64,000 nt of DNA from Longimicrobiales bacterium (GTDB taxonomy: Bacteria > Gemmatimonadota > Gemmatimonadetes > Longimicrobiales > Gaopeijiaceae), in assembly GCA_965203485.1 (NCBI GenBank), contig OZ241892.1:2912001-2976000 (forward strand), given 5' to 3'. This document shows, piece by piece, positions 28,746 to 39,245 of this stretch. How positions within the stretch are numbered: the stretch's first letter is position 1; every line of letters starts with the position of its first letter. Made by a program: the position numbers and the translations under genes. Under the pieces are notes generated by a model. It did no database searches and was not told where the DNA came from. It was given only the letters and a program-made list of their open reading frames with translations.

Positions 28746-31700
28746 GTGCTGGCGGGACGCAAGTGGATGCGACGCTACACGCCGGACGACGGCGATCTGG
28801 TCAAGCTGTTCTACGTGCCTGCGCTGGAGGACGCCGTCCGCTACGACCGGTCGACCGGATACTTCAACGCGGGCGCGCTGGAGCTGGCGGCGCGGGGCAT
28901 CGAAGGGCTGGTGCGCAACGGGGGCGTGATGCGCATGGTCGTCGGCTGCACGCTCGCGCAGGACGAGATCGAGGCGATCGCGCGGGGCGAACGGCTCCGC
29001 GACGCGGTGCGGCAACGCTTGGCCGACGCGCCCTTGGCGCCGGACGCGAAGGGGAGGGACGCCCTGGAGCTGTTGGCGTGGATGGTCGCCCACGAGCATC
29101 TGGAAGTGAAGGTGGCGGTGCCGTGCGATGCCGCGCGCAATCCCGTGGCCGACGAAGCCATCTTCCACGAGAAGACCGGCGTCGTCGAGGACCGGGCCGG
29201 CGACCGCATCGCCTGGACGGGCAGCTTGAACGAGACGGCCGCCGGATGGACCCGCAACTGGGAGCGCATCCACGTCTACACGAGCTGGGGAGACGCGGAG
29301 CGAGTCGCCGACGCGAAGGTCGACTTCGACGCGTTGTGGGGCGACAACGCTCGCCGCCTCATCGTGCTTGGTCTGCCCGACGCGATTCGCCTGGACCTGC
29401 TGCGCTTCCTCCCCGAGGACGACCGCCTGCCCGCCCGGCTGCAAGAACACGAGAAGGCGCACACGTATCCCGAGCCGCGGCCGCCGCCCGCCATCACGCC
29501 CGAACCCGGCGACGCCGCCCGGGAGCGGCCGCCACACGTCCTCCCCGACCGCGAGCACGTCTTCCGGGACCGCGTATGGTCCTTCATCGAGCAGGCCCCT
29601 TCGATGCCCAGCGGCGGAAGGCGCGTCGGCGAGGCGACTTCGGCGGTCGAGCCTTGGCCGCACCAAGTTCGCGCCTTCGACCGCATGTACGACAGCTGGC
29701 CGCCCAGGCTCCTCATCGCCGACGAGGTCGGGCTCGGCAAGACGATTCAGGCGGGCCTGCTGCTTCGGCAAGCATGGCTGGCCGGGCGCGCCAAGCGCAT
29801 CTTCGTCCTGGCGCCCAAGGCCGTGCTGCGTCAGTGGCAGATCGAGCTGCGCGAGAAGTTCAACCTCAACTGGCCCGTCTACGACAAGGGCGAGCTGACG
29901 TGGCATCCGTCGCCGGCTTGGCGGGGCGGCAACGTTCGGCGGGTGGACGACGACCGTTGGCACGAGGAGCCGGCCGTCATCGCGTCCAGCCATCTGATGC
30001 GCCGAAGGGACCGGCGCCAAGCGTTGTTGGAGGACGCGGCGCCCTGGGACTTGATCGTGCTCGACGAAGCCCACCATGCCCGCCGCAGCGGGGTTGCCGG
30101 TGCAACGGGCGGCCACCCGAACACGCTGCTTCGCCTCATGCAGGGGCTCAAGGAGCGCACGGACGCGCTGGTGCTGCTGACCGCGACTCCGTTGCAGGTC
30201 CATCCCACTGAACTCTGGGACCTGCTCGACTTGCTCGGGCTGCCCCCCGAGTGGACGCCGACGGCGTTCGTCGAATTCTTCCAGAACGCCGGCCGGGCCG
30301 ACCCGACCCCTGAAGCATTCGAGCAGATGGCGCAACTGTTCCAGGCGACGGAGCGGCGCTACGGGAAGGCGGGCGAAGCCGAAATCGCCCGGGCGCTCGA
30401 TGGGCTGTCGCGACTGCGGGCCAGAAGTGTGGCGCGCGCCTTGCGAGACGGCGCTGCGACACCGCGGCTGTTGCTGGACGGCGAGGCTCGGCAGGCTGCG
30501 CTTCGGCTGTTGCGGGTGAGCACGCCGGTTCGCCGGCTGGTGTCGCGCCATACGCGGGAGCTGCTCCGGGAGTACCGTCGGTGCGGCCTCCTGCCGGCGC
30601 GCATCGCCGACCGCGACGTGGACGACCGCTTCGTCGAAATGACCGAAGGCGAGCGCGCCTTGTACGAAGCCGTGGAGGACTACATCGCGACGACGTACAA
30701 GCAAGCGTCCGAGGACGAGCGGCGGGCCGTCGGCTTCGTGATGACGATCTACCGGCGGCGGCTCGCCAGCAGCTTCCAGGCGTTGCGCAACACGTTGCAG
30801 AGGCGGGTGGACGCCGACGCGACCGTTGCCGCTTCATCGGACGCGGCCCTGGAGGAGGATTTCTCCGACGACGAGGTGAGCGACGAGCCGGCCCAGGACG
30901 AAGACGCCGTGGCGGAGGCGTTGCGGGAATCGCTTCGAGCGGAGGAGGAAGACGACATCCGGCGGTTGCTCGACCAGATCGGCCGGTTGCCGCCCGACAG
31001 CAAGCTGGCGGCGCTCAAGGACGTGCTCCGCGACCTGCGCGACGACGGGCATCGCCAAGTGATGGTCTTCACCCAGTACACCGACACGATGGACTTCCTG
31101 CGCGACGAGCTGTCCACAGGCGCCGGGGCCGCCCTGATGTGCTACTCGGGGCGCGGCGGCGAGATCCCCGGTGCCGACGGCTGGCGTCCCGTCGATCGCG
31201 ACACCGTCAAGCGGCACTTCCGGGACGGCGACGCCGAAGTCCTGCTCTGCACCGAAGCCGCCGCCGAAGGGCTCAACTTCCAGTTCTGCGGCGCCTTGGT
31301 CAACTACGACATGCCGTGGAACCCGATGCGCGTGGAGCAACGCATCGGCCGCATAGACCGCGTGGGCCAGAAGCACCCGGCGATCCGCATCGTGAACCTC
31401 CACTACGAAGACACGGTCGAGACCGACATCTACCGCGTGCTGCGGGAGCGCATCGGCCTGTTCACCAAGATGGTGGGCCGCCTCCAGCCGATTCTTTCGC
31501 AACTGCCCGGAACAATCACCGACGCAGTGCTGACCGGCAAGGGAGCGGACGCCGCTGGACGACGCCAGATGGCCACGGCGGTCGAAGCCCGGACAACGGA
31601 GGCGGCCGACGGCGCGTTCGACATCGACGCCGCCCTGGACGACGTGCTGGACGCTCCCCCTCGCCCGGAGCCCCCGGCGACCATGAACGACCTGGACCGC

Positions 31701-31955
31701 GTGATCGACTGGCCCGGCCTGCTTCCGCCCGGCACGAAGGTGCAGCCGCTCGGCAACCGCGAGTACGGCTACACCGCACCCGGGTCCACCGAGCCGGTGC
31801 GCGTGACCACCGACCCCGCCCACTACCGCGAGCACCCCGACAGCGTGGAGCTGTGGTCCCCCGGCAACCCGCTCTTCCAGCCGCCTCCGCAGGCTGGGCG
31901 CCGATCCCGAGACTGGCCTGGCGGCACGACGCTGAGGGACATACTGGACGGGTGA
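28746..31955 (+). CDS. PLD-nuclease + SNF2 helicase fusion
   Basis: YDRSTGYF, FHEKTG...GSLNET (HKD-like), ADEVGLGKT, DEAHH, LTATP, EGLNFQ, WNPMRVEQRIGRIDR. Start approximate; the track ORF is over-extended. Confidence 0.9.
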   Translation: MLAGRKWMRRYTPDDGDLVKLFYVPALEDAVRYDRSTGYFNAGALELAARGIEGLVRNGGVMRMVVGCTLAQDEIEAIARGERLRDAVRQRLADAPLAPDAKGRDALELLAWMVAHEHLEVKVAVPCDAARNPVADEAIFHEKTGVVEDRAGDRIAWTGSLNETAAGWTRNWERIHVYTSWGDAERVADAKVDFDALWGDNARRLIVLGLPDAIRLDLLRFLPEDDRLPARLQEHEKAHTYPEPRPPPAITPEPGDAARERPPHVLPDREHVFRDRVWSFIEQAPSMPSGGRRVGEATSAVEPWPHQVRAFDRMYDSWPPRLLIADEVGLGKTIQAGLLLRQAWLAGRAKRIFVLAPKAVLRQWQIELREKFNLNWPVYDKGELTWHPSPAWRGGNVRRVDDDRWHEEPAVIASSHLMRRRDRRQALLEDAAPWDLIVLDEAHHARRSGVAGATGGHPNTLLRLMQGLKERTDALVLLTATPLQVHPTELWDLLDLLGLPPEWTPTAFVEFFQNAGRADPTPEAFEQMAQLFQATERRYGKAGEAEIARALDGLSRLRARSVARALRDGAATPRLLLDGEARQAALRLLRVSTPVRRLVSRHTRELLREYRRCGLLPARIADRDVDDRFVEMTEGERALYEAVEDYIATTYKQASEDERRAVGFVMTIYRRRLASSFQALRNTLQRRVDADATVAASSDAALEEDFSDDEVSDEPAQDEDAVAEALRESLRAEEEDDIRRLLDQIGRLPPDSKLAALKDVLRDLRDDGHRQVMVFTQYTDTMDFLRDELSTGAGAALMCYSGRGGEIPGADGWRPVDRDTVKRHFRDGDAEVLLCTEAAAEGLNFQFCGALVNYDMPWNPMRVEQRIGRIDRVGQKHPAIRIVNLHYEDTVETDIYRVLRERIGLFTKMVGRLQPILSQLPGTITDAVLTGKGADAAGRRQMATAVEARTTEAADGAFDIDAALDDVLDAPPRPEPPATMNDLDRVIDWPGLLPPGTKVQPLGNREYGYTAPGSTEPVRVTTDPAHYREHPDSVELWSPGNPLFQPPPQAGRRSRDWPGGTTLRDILDG

Positions 31956-32099
31956 TTGCGGCGTTGCGGCGCTCCGGCCCGCTGTTGGCGCGTCCCCGGT
32001 GTCCGCCTTCATGCCAGAGCTTGATCCAGCAACCACCTGGAAGGTATGGTTCCCGTCCCCTCCGCCGCCCGCCGCCGACACTTGCAAGGAGCACGTCCC

Positions 32100-34265
32100 A
32101 TGGCCGTCTCGATCATTTCCGGGACCAACGACAAGCCCGTGGCCAGCAGGGCACTTGAAGACATCGTCTCTGGATGGTCGCATCTCTCGGGCAAGCTCTT
32201 CATCGGGTTCCCGGTGATCGGCACCTACGAGGGGCCGCGCCGGATCGACGCGTTTTGGGCCTCGGAAGACGCTGGCTTCGTCGCCTTCGACCTCGTTGAG
32301 GGCACGGACTACTCAGGGTACCAGAGACGGCAAGACGACTTCGCCAACGCCGTCGAAAGCAAGTTGCGGTCGCGCAGCGACTTGATAAGGCGATCGCACA
32401 AGCGACGCGATCTGGTGGTCCCCGTGCACACGGCCACGTTCGCGCCCGGCGTCTCGCACTTACCTTCCGATGCCGGCCCGGACTACCCCATAGCGAACAG
32501 GCAGAACTTGGCCAACGTGCTCGCCGCCTTTGGGTGGCCCGCCGACGACGCCGGACACTCGGCCTTCGATACCGCACTCTCGACCCTCGAGAACATCTCG
32601 ACGATAAGGAGGACTGGCGATACTAGGTCGTTCGACCGACCCGATTCCCGCGGCGCCAAGTTGAAGCGCTTGGAAGACTCGGTGGCAACATTGGATGCCC
32701 AACAGGCCCAAGCGATGATCGAAACAGCCGAGGGAATCCAAAGGATACGAGGCCTTGCAGGCTCGGGCAAAACCATCGTGCTTGCTCTCAAGGCCGCGTA
32801 TCTTCACGCCATGCACCCCGAGTGGCGAATTGCCATCACGTTCCACACGCGTTCCTTGAAGGACTTCTTTGGCCAACTCGTCAACGATTTCTTTGTGTCA
32901 CAAACCAACCAAGCGCCCGACTGGGCCAAGCTGCGCATCATTCACGCTTGGGGCGCCCCGGGAGAACAGGGACGAGACGGCATCTATCATCAGTTCTGCC
33001 GGGATTGCGGTGCGACCTATCTCGACTTAGGCCGAGCTAGGAGCCGGTTTGGGCCAGCGAATCCATTTGGGGACGCATGTCGTTTCGCGTTGAAGGACGC
33101 CAAGGCGGTGGAGCCTCTCTACGAGGTGATCCTCGTTGACGAGGCGCAGGATCTTCCTCCGGCATTTCTGCGCATATGCTACAAGCTCTTGACGCAAGAG
33201 AAGAGGCTAGTATACGCCTATGACGAATTGCAGAACCTCGGCCAGGAACCACTGCCAAGTCCCGACCAGTTGTTCGGTGAGAGAACGAAACGACCTCGCT
33301 CCGCCTCGGCGGCGGACATCGTACTCGGGAAGTGCTACCGGAACTCGCGGCCCGTGCTCGCAACGGCCCATGCCCTTGGCTTCGGCATCTATCGAAGCAC
33401 TACCCCAGACACGGAAACCGGTGTTGTGAAGATGTTCGACCAGCCCGAAATGTGGCGCGACGTTGGCTATCGCAGCATGAATGGCGACATTTGCGACGGG
33501 ACACCGGTGGTTCTTGCAAGGTCCGACGACACCAGTCCGTTATTCCTGGAAGAGCATTCGGAGCCCGACGACCTGGTCCAGTTCATGACGTTCGAAAATG
33601 TGGACGAGCAAACCAGTTGGGTGGCGAATCAAGTTGAACAGAATCTAGGATTTGACGAATTGCGACCGGAAGAGATCGTTGTGATCAATCCTGATCCTAT
33701 TTCCACAGCGGCCGCCGTTGGTCCGATCCGTGCGTTGTTGCTCGACAAGAACATTCAGAATCACTTGGCCGGCGTCGATACTGCGGCTGACGTATTCCGG
33801 CAACCGGATTCCGTGACGTTCACTGGCATCCATCATGCAAAGGGCAACGAATTCGGAATGGTATACGTGATCAACGCCCACGACTGCTATTCGGGGACAT
33901 ACAACCTTGCTCGCATTCGGAACCGGCTGTTTGCGGCCATTACGCGAAGCAAGGCATGGGTTCGGGTTTGCGGCGTCGGAGACGATATGCTAGGATTGGC
34001 GAACGAATATTCTCGGCTAAAGCGCAATGACTACGAGATGCGTTTTGTATATCCTACTGAGAGCCAACGAAAGAACATGCGCGTCGTGCATCGCGACTTT
34101 TCCGATGCGGAAGCAAGGCGTCTTCAGGAACACAAAAAGGCCCTGTTGCGCTTGGCCGAGGACGTGCGGGCGGGCCGGGTCTACCCGGAAGACCTGCAGG
34201 ACATTGGTCCAGTGGTTCGAGAATTGCTTGTGAGAGAAGGAAATAGAGAGCGTGGCAAATCCTGA
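32100..34265 (+). CDS. SF1 helicase of a helicase-DUF2290 defence pair
   Basis: AAGGAG RBS, GLAGSGKT, VDEAQD, AYDELQ, CYRN, AKGNEF, AITRSK. Confidence 0.85.
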   Translation: MAVSIISGTNDKPVASRALEDIVSGWSHLSGKLFIGFPVIGTYEGPRRIDAFWASEDAGFVAFDLVEGTDYSGYQRRQDDFANAVESKLRSRSDLIRRSHKRRDLVVPVHTATFAPGVSHLPSDAGPDYPIANRQNLANVLAAFGWPADDAGHSAFDTALSTLENISTIRRTGDTRSFDRPDSRGAKLKRLEDSVATLDAQQAQAMIETAEGIQRIRGLAGSGKTIVLALKAAYLHAMHPEWRIAITFHTRSLKDFFGQLVNDFFVSQTNQAPDWAKLRIIHAWGAPGEQGRDGIYHQFCRDCGATYLDLGRARSRFGPANPFGDACRFALKDAKAVEPLYEVILVDEAQDLPPAFLRICYKLLTQEKRLVYAYDELQNLGQEPLPSPDQLFGERTKRPRSASAADIVLGKCYRNSRPVLATAHALGFGIYRSTTPDTETGVVKMFDQPEMWRDVGYRSMNGDICDGTPVVLARSDDTSPLFLEEHSEPDDLVQFMTFENVDEQTSWVANQVEQNLGFDELRPEEIVVINPDPISTAAAVGPIRALLLDKNIQNHLAGVDTAADVFRQPDSVTFTGIHHAKGNEFGMVYVINAHDCYSGTYNLARIRNRLFAAITRSKAWVRVCGVGDDMLGLANEYSRLKRNDYEMRFVYPTESQRKNMRVVHRDFSDAEARRLQEHKKALLRLAEDVRAGRVYPEDLQDIGPVVRELLVREGNRERGKS

Positions 34266-34917
34266 GGGAACGGCAAAGCAGGTCAACGGCATACTACGGC
34301 ACTTAGCCCAGTCGGGTATCTCCCGAAATCAACAACCCGCCGTGTGTCGGTCGGAAGGAGGATTCACGACGGTGTCCTTTCCGAACGCAAGGCACATCTC
34401 AATCGGACTCAAGAAGCAGGACTACCGAGAGATCTATTGTCATTTTCTCGAGAATCGGGCGTATACGGTGGTCATGCTCGACAACGCCCTCGTGCAGATC
34501 ATGTATCGGTTCAAGGGATCGAAGCTCATCGCTCATCGACTGGCATTCTTTCCAGCTCCCGACTTGCAGGAGTTTCAGAATGCGCCGGAATGGTATTGGC
34601 ACGACGAATTGTTCATTGACGTACTCGCACGAACGACGGCTCCCGCGTTGGTGCGGTTCGACTACAATGCAAACCAAGAACGGCACCGACCCGTGCTTCA
34701 TCCTAAGTCGCACCTGACTCTGGGACAGTACGAAGGATGCCGGATTCCCGTATCGGCACCACTGACTCCATACCAGTTCATGGATTTTATCCTGCGCAAC
34801 CTTTACGACACGCCGAATAAGTCGTACGCCAACAAATTGCCCCCGATAGGAAAACCTTTCGCCGAGTCCATTGACGCGGAAGAACGTTCCGTAATGCACA
34901 TGACAGTGACGACTTGA
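34252..34917 (+). CDS. DUF2290 protein
   Basis: DNALVQ, HRLAFFP, VRFDY, HPKSHLTLGQYEGCRIPVSAPLTPYQF. Overlaps the helicase end. Confidence 0.85.
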   Translation: MANPEGTAKQVNGILRHLAQSGISRNQQPAVCRSEGGFTTVSFPNARHISIGLKKQDYREIYCHFLENRAYTVVMLDNALVQIMYRFKGSKLIAHRLAFFPAPDLQEFQNAPEWYWHDELFIDVLARTTAPALVRFDYNANQERHRPVLHPKSHLTLGQYEGCRIPVSAPLTPYQFMDFILRNLYDTPNKSYANKLPPIGKPFAESIDAEERSVMHMTVTT

Positions 34918-35350
34918 ACAGTTTGGGAGACCACGTAAACTCGACCGCGTCGCCTGCCCGGCCTGTTTGACGCCCCTCGAGGATGCTCTGGCCGCAGGAC
35001 GGGCGCGTGTACGCGCTGGCACCGGCACCGGGGGGCACCGTGGACGACCGCGCGCGCCTGCGTCGGGCGGATCGCAACAACCGCGACTGCGGTGGCTATG
35101 TGGTTCGGCAGGGGCCGAGAGCCGGACTTGCGGTCCGGGTCGGCCTCGCGGCGATTAGTGCCGAGCTTCTGCGGGGTGCTCAAGGCTGTCGGCTGGCCGG
35201 GATGTTGGGGGCCGACTTGCGAGGCGCGGAGCCGTTGCCGGTGGCTGTTGACGTGCTCCCGCCCATGGGCGACATTCAACGCGATGCCCTGTCGGTCGGC
35301 CTCGTAGCGAGCGACTCACGGGCGGCCCGCGCGACTGGAGGGCAATCAAC

Positions 35351-36103
35351 ATGGCTGGGATCGTCACCGTCTCCGTCGATGGCCGCAGTCACGCCGTCGA
35401 AGCTGGCCTTGTGTCCGGCAACCGGCTGTGCGAACTGATCGGCATGGGAGACGACAGCGTTCTCGTTCTCGTCCGCGACGAAGGGACAAGCACGCCGATC
35501 TCGGCTTCCGATGTCGTGCTTGTTCGCGGCGGGGAGAAGCTGGCTACGTCGGACGTCGCCGGGGACGCGGCCAAGGGGTCGCCTGGCATCGTGACCCCGG
35601 AGTTCAACGGCGCCAGAGATGTTCCCGTCGAGGGTGGCAAGGTGGCGGCTGAAGACCTGGTAAAGTGCGACAGCGAAGTTCTCTTTGGGCGGCTGTTCGC
35701 GACGCTCGGCGAGAGCGCGGACGACGGCCTGGACGTCGAGATCCCGGGCGGCGCCACGATTGTTGTCCAAGCCGCGGACTCCTACTTCGTCGTGCCGCAC
35801 CCCGAGGACGCGCCCGGCGAGACCGCCGTGGACATCGAGGAGTGCACGAAGCACGAGCGGCGGCCTCCCAAGTGGCGCCGCTATCGAATCCGCGTTGACC
35901 GCGACAAGTTCGTGGTCGAGAAGCGTCTCGTGTCCGGCGGCGACGTCTTGGCGTTGGTGGACAAGCTCCCCGGCGACTGGGCCCTCAACCAGAAGCATCG
36001 AGGAGGACACAGGACGAGATTCGAAGCCGACGAGGAAATCGATCTTGCGACGGTCGGCGTCGAGCGCTTCGAGACCGTCCGCAGGCAAGCGCAACAAGGC
36101 TGA
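35351..36103 (+). CDS. Multi-ubiquitin-domain protein ending in a free Gly (BubA-like)
   Basis: GGAGG RBS, about three beta-grasp repeats, YRIRVD...DEEIDL...GVERF, C-terminal QQG. Confidence 0.82.
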   Translation: MAGIVTVSVDGRSHAVEAGLVSGNRLCELIGMGDDSVLVLVRDEGTSTPISASDVVLVRGGEKLATSDVAGDAAKGSPGIVTPEFNGARDVPVEGGKVAAEDLVKCDSEVLFGRLFATLGESADDGLDVEIPGGATIVVQAADSYFVVPHPEDAPGETAVDIEECTKHERRPPKWRRYRIRVDRDKFVVEKRLVSGGDVLALVDKLPGDWALNQKHRGGHRTRFEADEEIDLATVGVERFETVRRQAQQG

Positions 36104-36525
36104 TGGACGAGCTGGACCGCTCGTCGCCACCATACCGACTGCCGCCGGAAGACGAGCAGTACCTGGACGCGTTCGACGCTGACCACGGCTCGTCGTGGAA
36201 GCGCAAGGCGGAAGGGCCGGGCAACTGCAAGTGGGGCCTCTTCATCGAGGACTTTCCGATCCCCTCCGGATACGATCGGGAGCGGAGCACGCTGATGTTG
36301 CTGATCCCCACGGGCTACCCCGGGGCGGGGCTGGACATGTTCTACTTCTGCCCCCCGCTGGCCCGAACAGACGGCCGGGAGATCGGCGCCCTAGCGGACG
36401 AAGCGCACTTCGACACCAACTGGCAGCGGTGGTCCCGGCACTATGAGTGGAACCCTGGGGAAGACAGCATCCGCCGACACGTCGAGTACGTCAGAAACGA
36501 ACTCGAGGAAGAGATGGGCCCTTGA
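36103..36525 (+). CDS. Prokaryotic E2/UBC-like protein (BubB-like)
   Basis: LPPEDEQYL, IPSGY, IPTGYPGAGLDMFY, WQRWSRH. Confidence 0.82.
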   Translation: MDELDRSSPPYRLPPEDEQYLDAFDADHGSSWKRKAEGPGNCKWGLFIEDFPIPSGYDRERSTLMLLIPTGYPGAGLDMFYFCPPLARTDGREIGALADEAHFDTNWQRWSRHYEWNPGEDSIRRHVEYVRNELEEEMGP

Positions 36526-37916
36526 GGAGCGCGTTGCTGGCCATGACCGCCAGCCAGCACCGGCGCTTGTCGGACCACCTCTTTCCCGGCGACGGCCTAG
36601 AGGCTGCGGCCGTGCTCTTGTGCAATCAGGGAGCCGGGGAGCGGCACCAGCGACTCGTCGTCGCCGACGTCGTCCTGTTGCCCCATCGGCGCTCGGAAAG
36701 GAGGAAGGACTTCCTGTCGTGGCCTTTTTCCGACTACCTGGAGCCCGACCGGATCACGTCCATCGACCGCAGCGGCCAGTCGATCGTGACGATTCACTCC
36801 CATCCCACTGGCAATCCGGGCTTCTCGGAGCTGGACGACCGGACGGACCGAGAGTTGCTGGATTCGGTTTCTTCTTGGTTCGACGACGGGCGGATGCACG
36901 GCTCCGCAATCATGACGCCGGACTTGCGGATCAGAGCGCGCACGCTCGGACCCGACGGCGTTTTCGTAGAGGCCGGCGCCGTGTCCAGCGTCGGCGAAGA
37001 CATCCACATCTGGAAGCGCGGGCGGGTCCCGAAGGGGCGCGTCGAAGCACACGAGCACAGACTTGCCCAAGCGTTCGGCCGGGGGACGTTGGACCTGCTC
37101 CGGTCGCTCCGCGTCGGCGTCGTCGGATGCTCAGGGACCGGCAGCGTCGTGATCGAACTGCTGGTGCGCAATTCCGTGGGCGCCGTTGCAATGGTAGACG
37201 ACGACGCGATGGAGCCGAAGAACCTGAACCGCGTCGTCAACGGCTCGATGGGCGACGCCCTGGCCGGGCTGCCCAAGGTCGAAGCGTTGCGACAGGCCGT
37301 AGAGCGGATGGGCCTCGACACGTCGGTGGACGCATACCGTCGCCTGACGGACTCGCGGGAAGCCGTCGCGGCGCTGATCGACTGCGACGTTGTGTTCGGC
37401 TGCGTCGATTCCGCATCCGGCCGGTATCACTTGGACTGTCTCGCGAGCGCCTATTGCCTGCCCTACTTCGACGTTGGCGTCAACCTCGAGGCCGACGGCG
37501 AAGGCGGCCTCCACGATGCGGACGCGGTTGCGCATTACGTTCACCCGGAGGGAAGCAGCCTCCTGTCCCGTGGAGCGTACACCATGCAGCAAGTCACGGC
37601 GGAGGGCTGGCGGCGAAACGACCCGAACCACTACGAAACACAACGGATGGCCGGCTACCTTCGGGCAGCCGGAGAAGACCAGCCGGCCGTGATCTCCGTC
37701 AACATGCAGGCGGCGTGCCTGGCCTTCAACGACTTCATGGCACGCGTGCACACCTATCGACTTGACAGCAACCAGAACTTTGCCACCCAGCGCCTGCGCT
37801 TGGTTCACGGGGCCTACGAAGCCACGGCCGATTCCGGCGCCCCCCATCCACTCTTCGCCGAGTATGCCGGCATGGGCGACGCAAGTGTCCTCGTGCAAAA
37901 CAACGTCGTTCGATGA
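36522..37916 (+). CDS. JAB peptidase + ThiF/E1 fusion (BubCD-like)
   Basis: GDGLEAAA, IHSHP...FSELDD (JAB); VVGCSGTGS, NLNR, FGCVDS, PAVISVN (E1). TTG start overlaps the E2 stop. Confidence 0.85.
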   Translation: MRSALLAMTASQHRRLSDHLFPGDGLEAAAVLLCNQGAGERHQRLVVADVVLLPHRRSERRKDFLSWPFSDYLEPDRITSIDRSGQSIVTIHSHPTGNPGFSELDDRTDRELLDSVSSWFDDGRMHGSAIMTPDLRIRARTLGPDGVFVEAGAVSSVGEDIHIWKRGRVPKGRVEAHEHRLAQAFGRGTLDLLRSLRVGVVGCSGTGSVVIELLVRNSVGAVAMVDDDAMEPKNLNRVVNGSMGDALAGLPKVEALRQAVERMGLDTSVDAYRRLTDSREAVAALIDCDVVFGCVDSASGRYHLDCLASAYCLPYFDVGVNLEADGEGGLHDADAVAHYVHPEGSSLLSRGAYTMQQVTAEGWRRNDPNHYETQRMAGYLRAAGEDQPAVISVNMQAACLAFNDFMARVHTYRLDSNQNFATQRLRLVHGAYEATADSGAPHPLFAEYAGMGDASVLVQNNVVR

Positions 37917-39245
37917 GGACGGCGCTCGCAAACATGGCCGTGCCGCTGCAGGCATGCCGCACCGGCTCGGACGACATCCTCGTCCTTCCCGAGCGCCGAA
38001 CGCCATCCGCGGGGCCAGCGCGCCCATGCGCTCGGCGATTGGGCCGCGGCGTCCCCGCAGGTACTCGTCCTGCTCAATGAACGTGGTCATGGGGTTTCGT
38101 CCATGATTCGCAAGTTGGAGGTCCACCGTTTTAAGCGGTTTCGAGAGGCGACGTTCAAACTCGACGACCATCTTGTAGTCGTAGGACCGAACAACTGCGG
38201 CAAGACCACGTTGTTGCAGGCGATTGCGTTGTGGGCGGAAGCGTGGCATCATTGGAGACAAGACGATGATGCGTCCGGTTGGTTGCAAAGTTATAGTGGT
38301 TCAGACGTGCGTACGGCACAGGGCAACTATGTCGCAGCATCCCTTGCGACCATTCATTCGGTCGCCGTTACCGATTTTTCCCATCTTTGGCACGGCAAGG
38401 ACGTGAATGAGCCCATTGTCTTGGTCATGCATACAAGCAAATGGACGATCGGGCTTGAACTGCATTTTGAAACCAGTAGCACGATAGCCGTTCGGCCAGC
38501 TGACGATGTTGACGCACGCGAACTGCGAGCTTGCGGGTCCGCGCCGTTTGCCGTCCTCTCCATTCCATCGACGCTGCGCGTCGAGGAAAAGGAATCCGTA
38601 TTTGAGGAAGATGTGTTGAAGGCTCGCTTGTCGAGAGGCCGTGGCGGCAGTGTCTTGAGGAACATCTTGTTGCGCATATCGGAATCGGAAGACAAGTGGA
38701 GCAAGTTGGCGAACGAGATTCACGCTCTGTTCGGCTATCGGCTTCTTTCGCCCAGCAGGGGCGAACCGCTCAGTGTCTTCTACCGACATTCGGACGAGCA
38801 CAACCGGCTCGAGATCGCTTGCGCCGGCAGCGGCTTTCTTCAAGCTCTGCTACTGAATGCAAGCTTGCTGTACGGCGAACCGCAAGTCGTCGTAATCGAC
38901 GAACCCGACATGCATTTGCACAGGCTGTTGCAGACGGAGATCTATGGTCGACTATCCAGATTGCAGGGTAGCCAACTGATCGCATCCAGTCACTCCGACG
39001 TACTGGTCGACGACGCCGAGCTAGATCACCTGCGATCGCTGACGGCTACCGGTCTTGTTCGAGTGAAGCACGTTCCTCACGCCAAGAATGCCTTGCGATT
39101 GCTGACAAACAGCCAGATTCATACCGCTGTCGCGATCGAACGCATACTGTATGTGGAAGGCAAGACGGACATTCCGATTTTGAGAGCGTGGGCGAAAACG
39201 ATAGATCACCCAATGTCGTCGTTTCTGGCAAAGCCGTTTTCGCTA

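Noticed and set aside
34918..35350. ORFs upstream of the multi-ubiquitin gene (possible regulator)
   Set aside because: No HTH, WYL or peptidase motif and no clear RBS.
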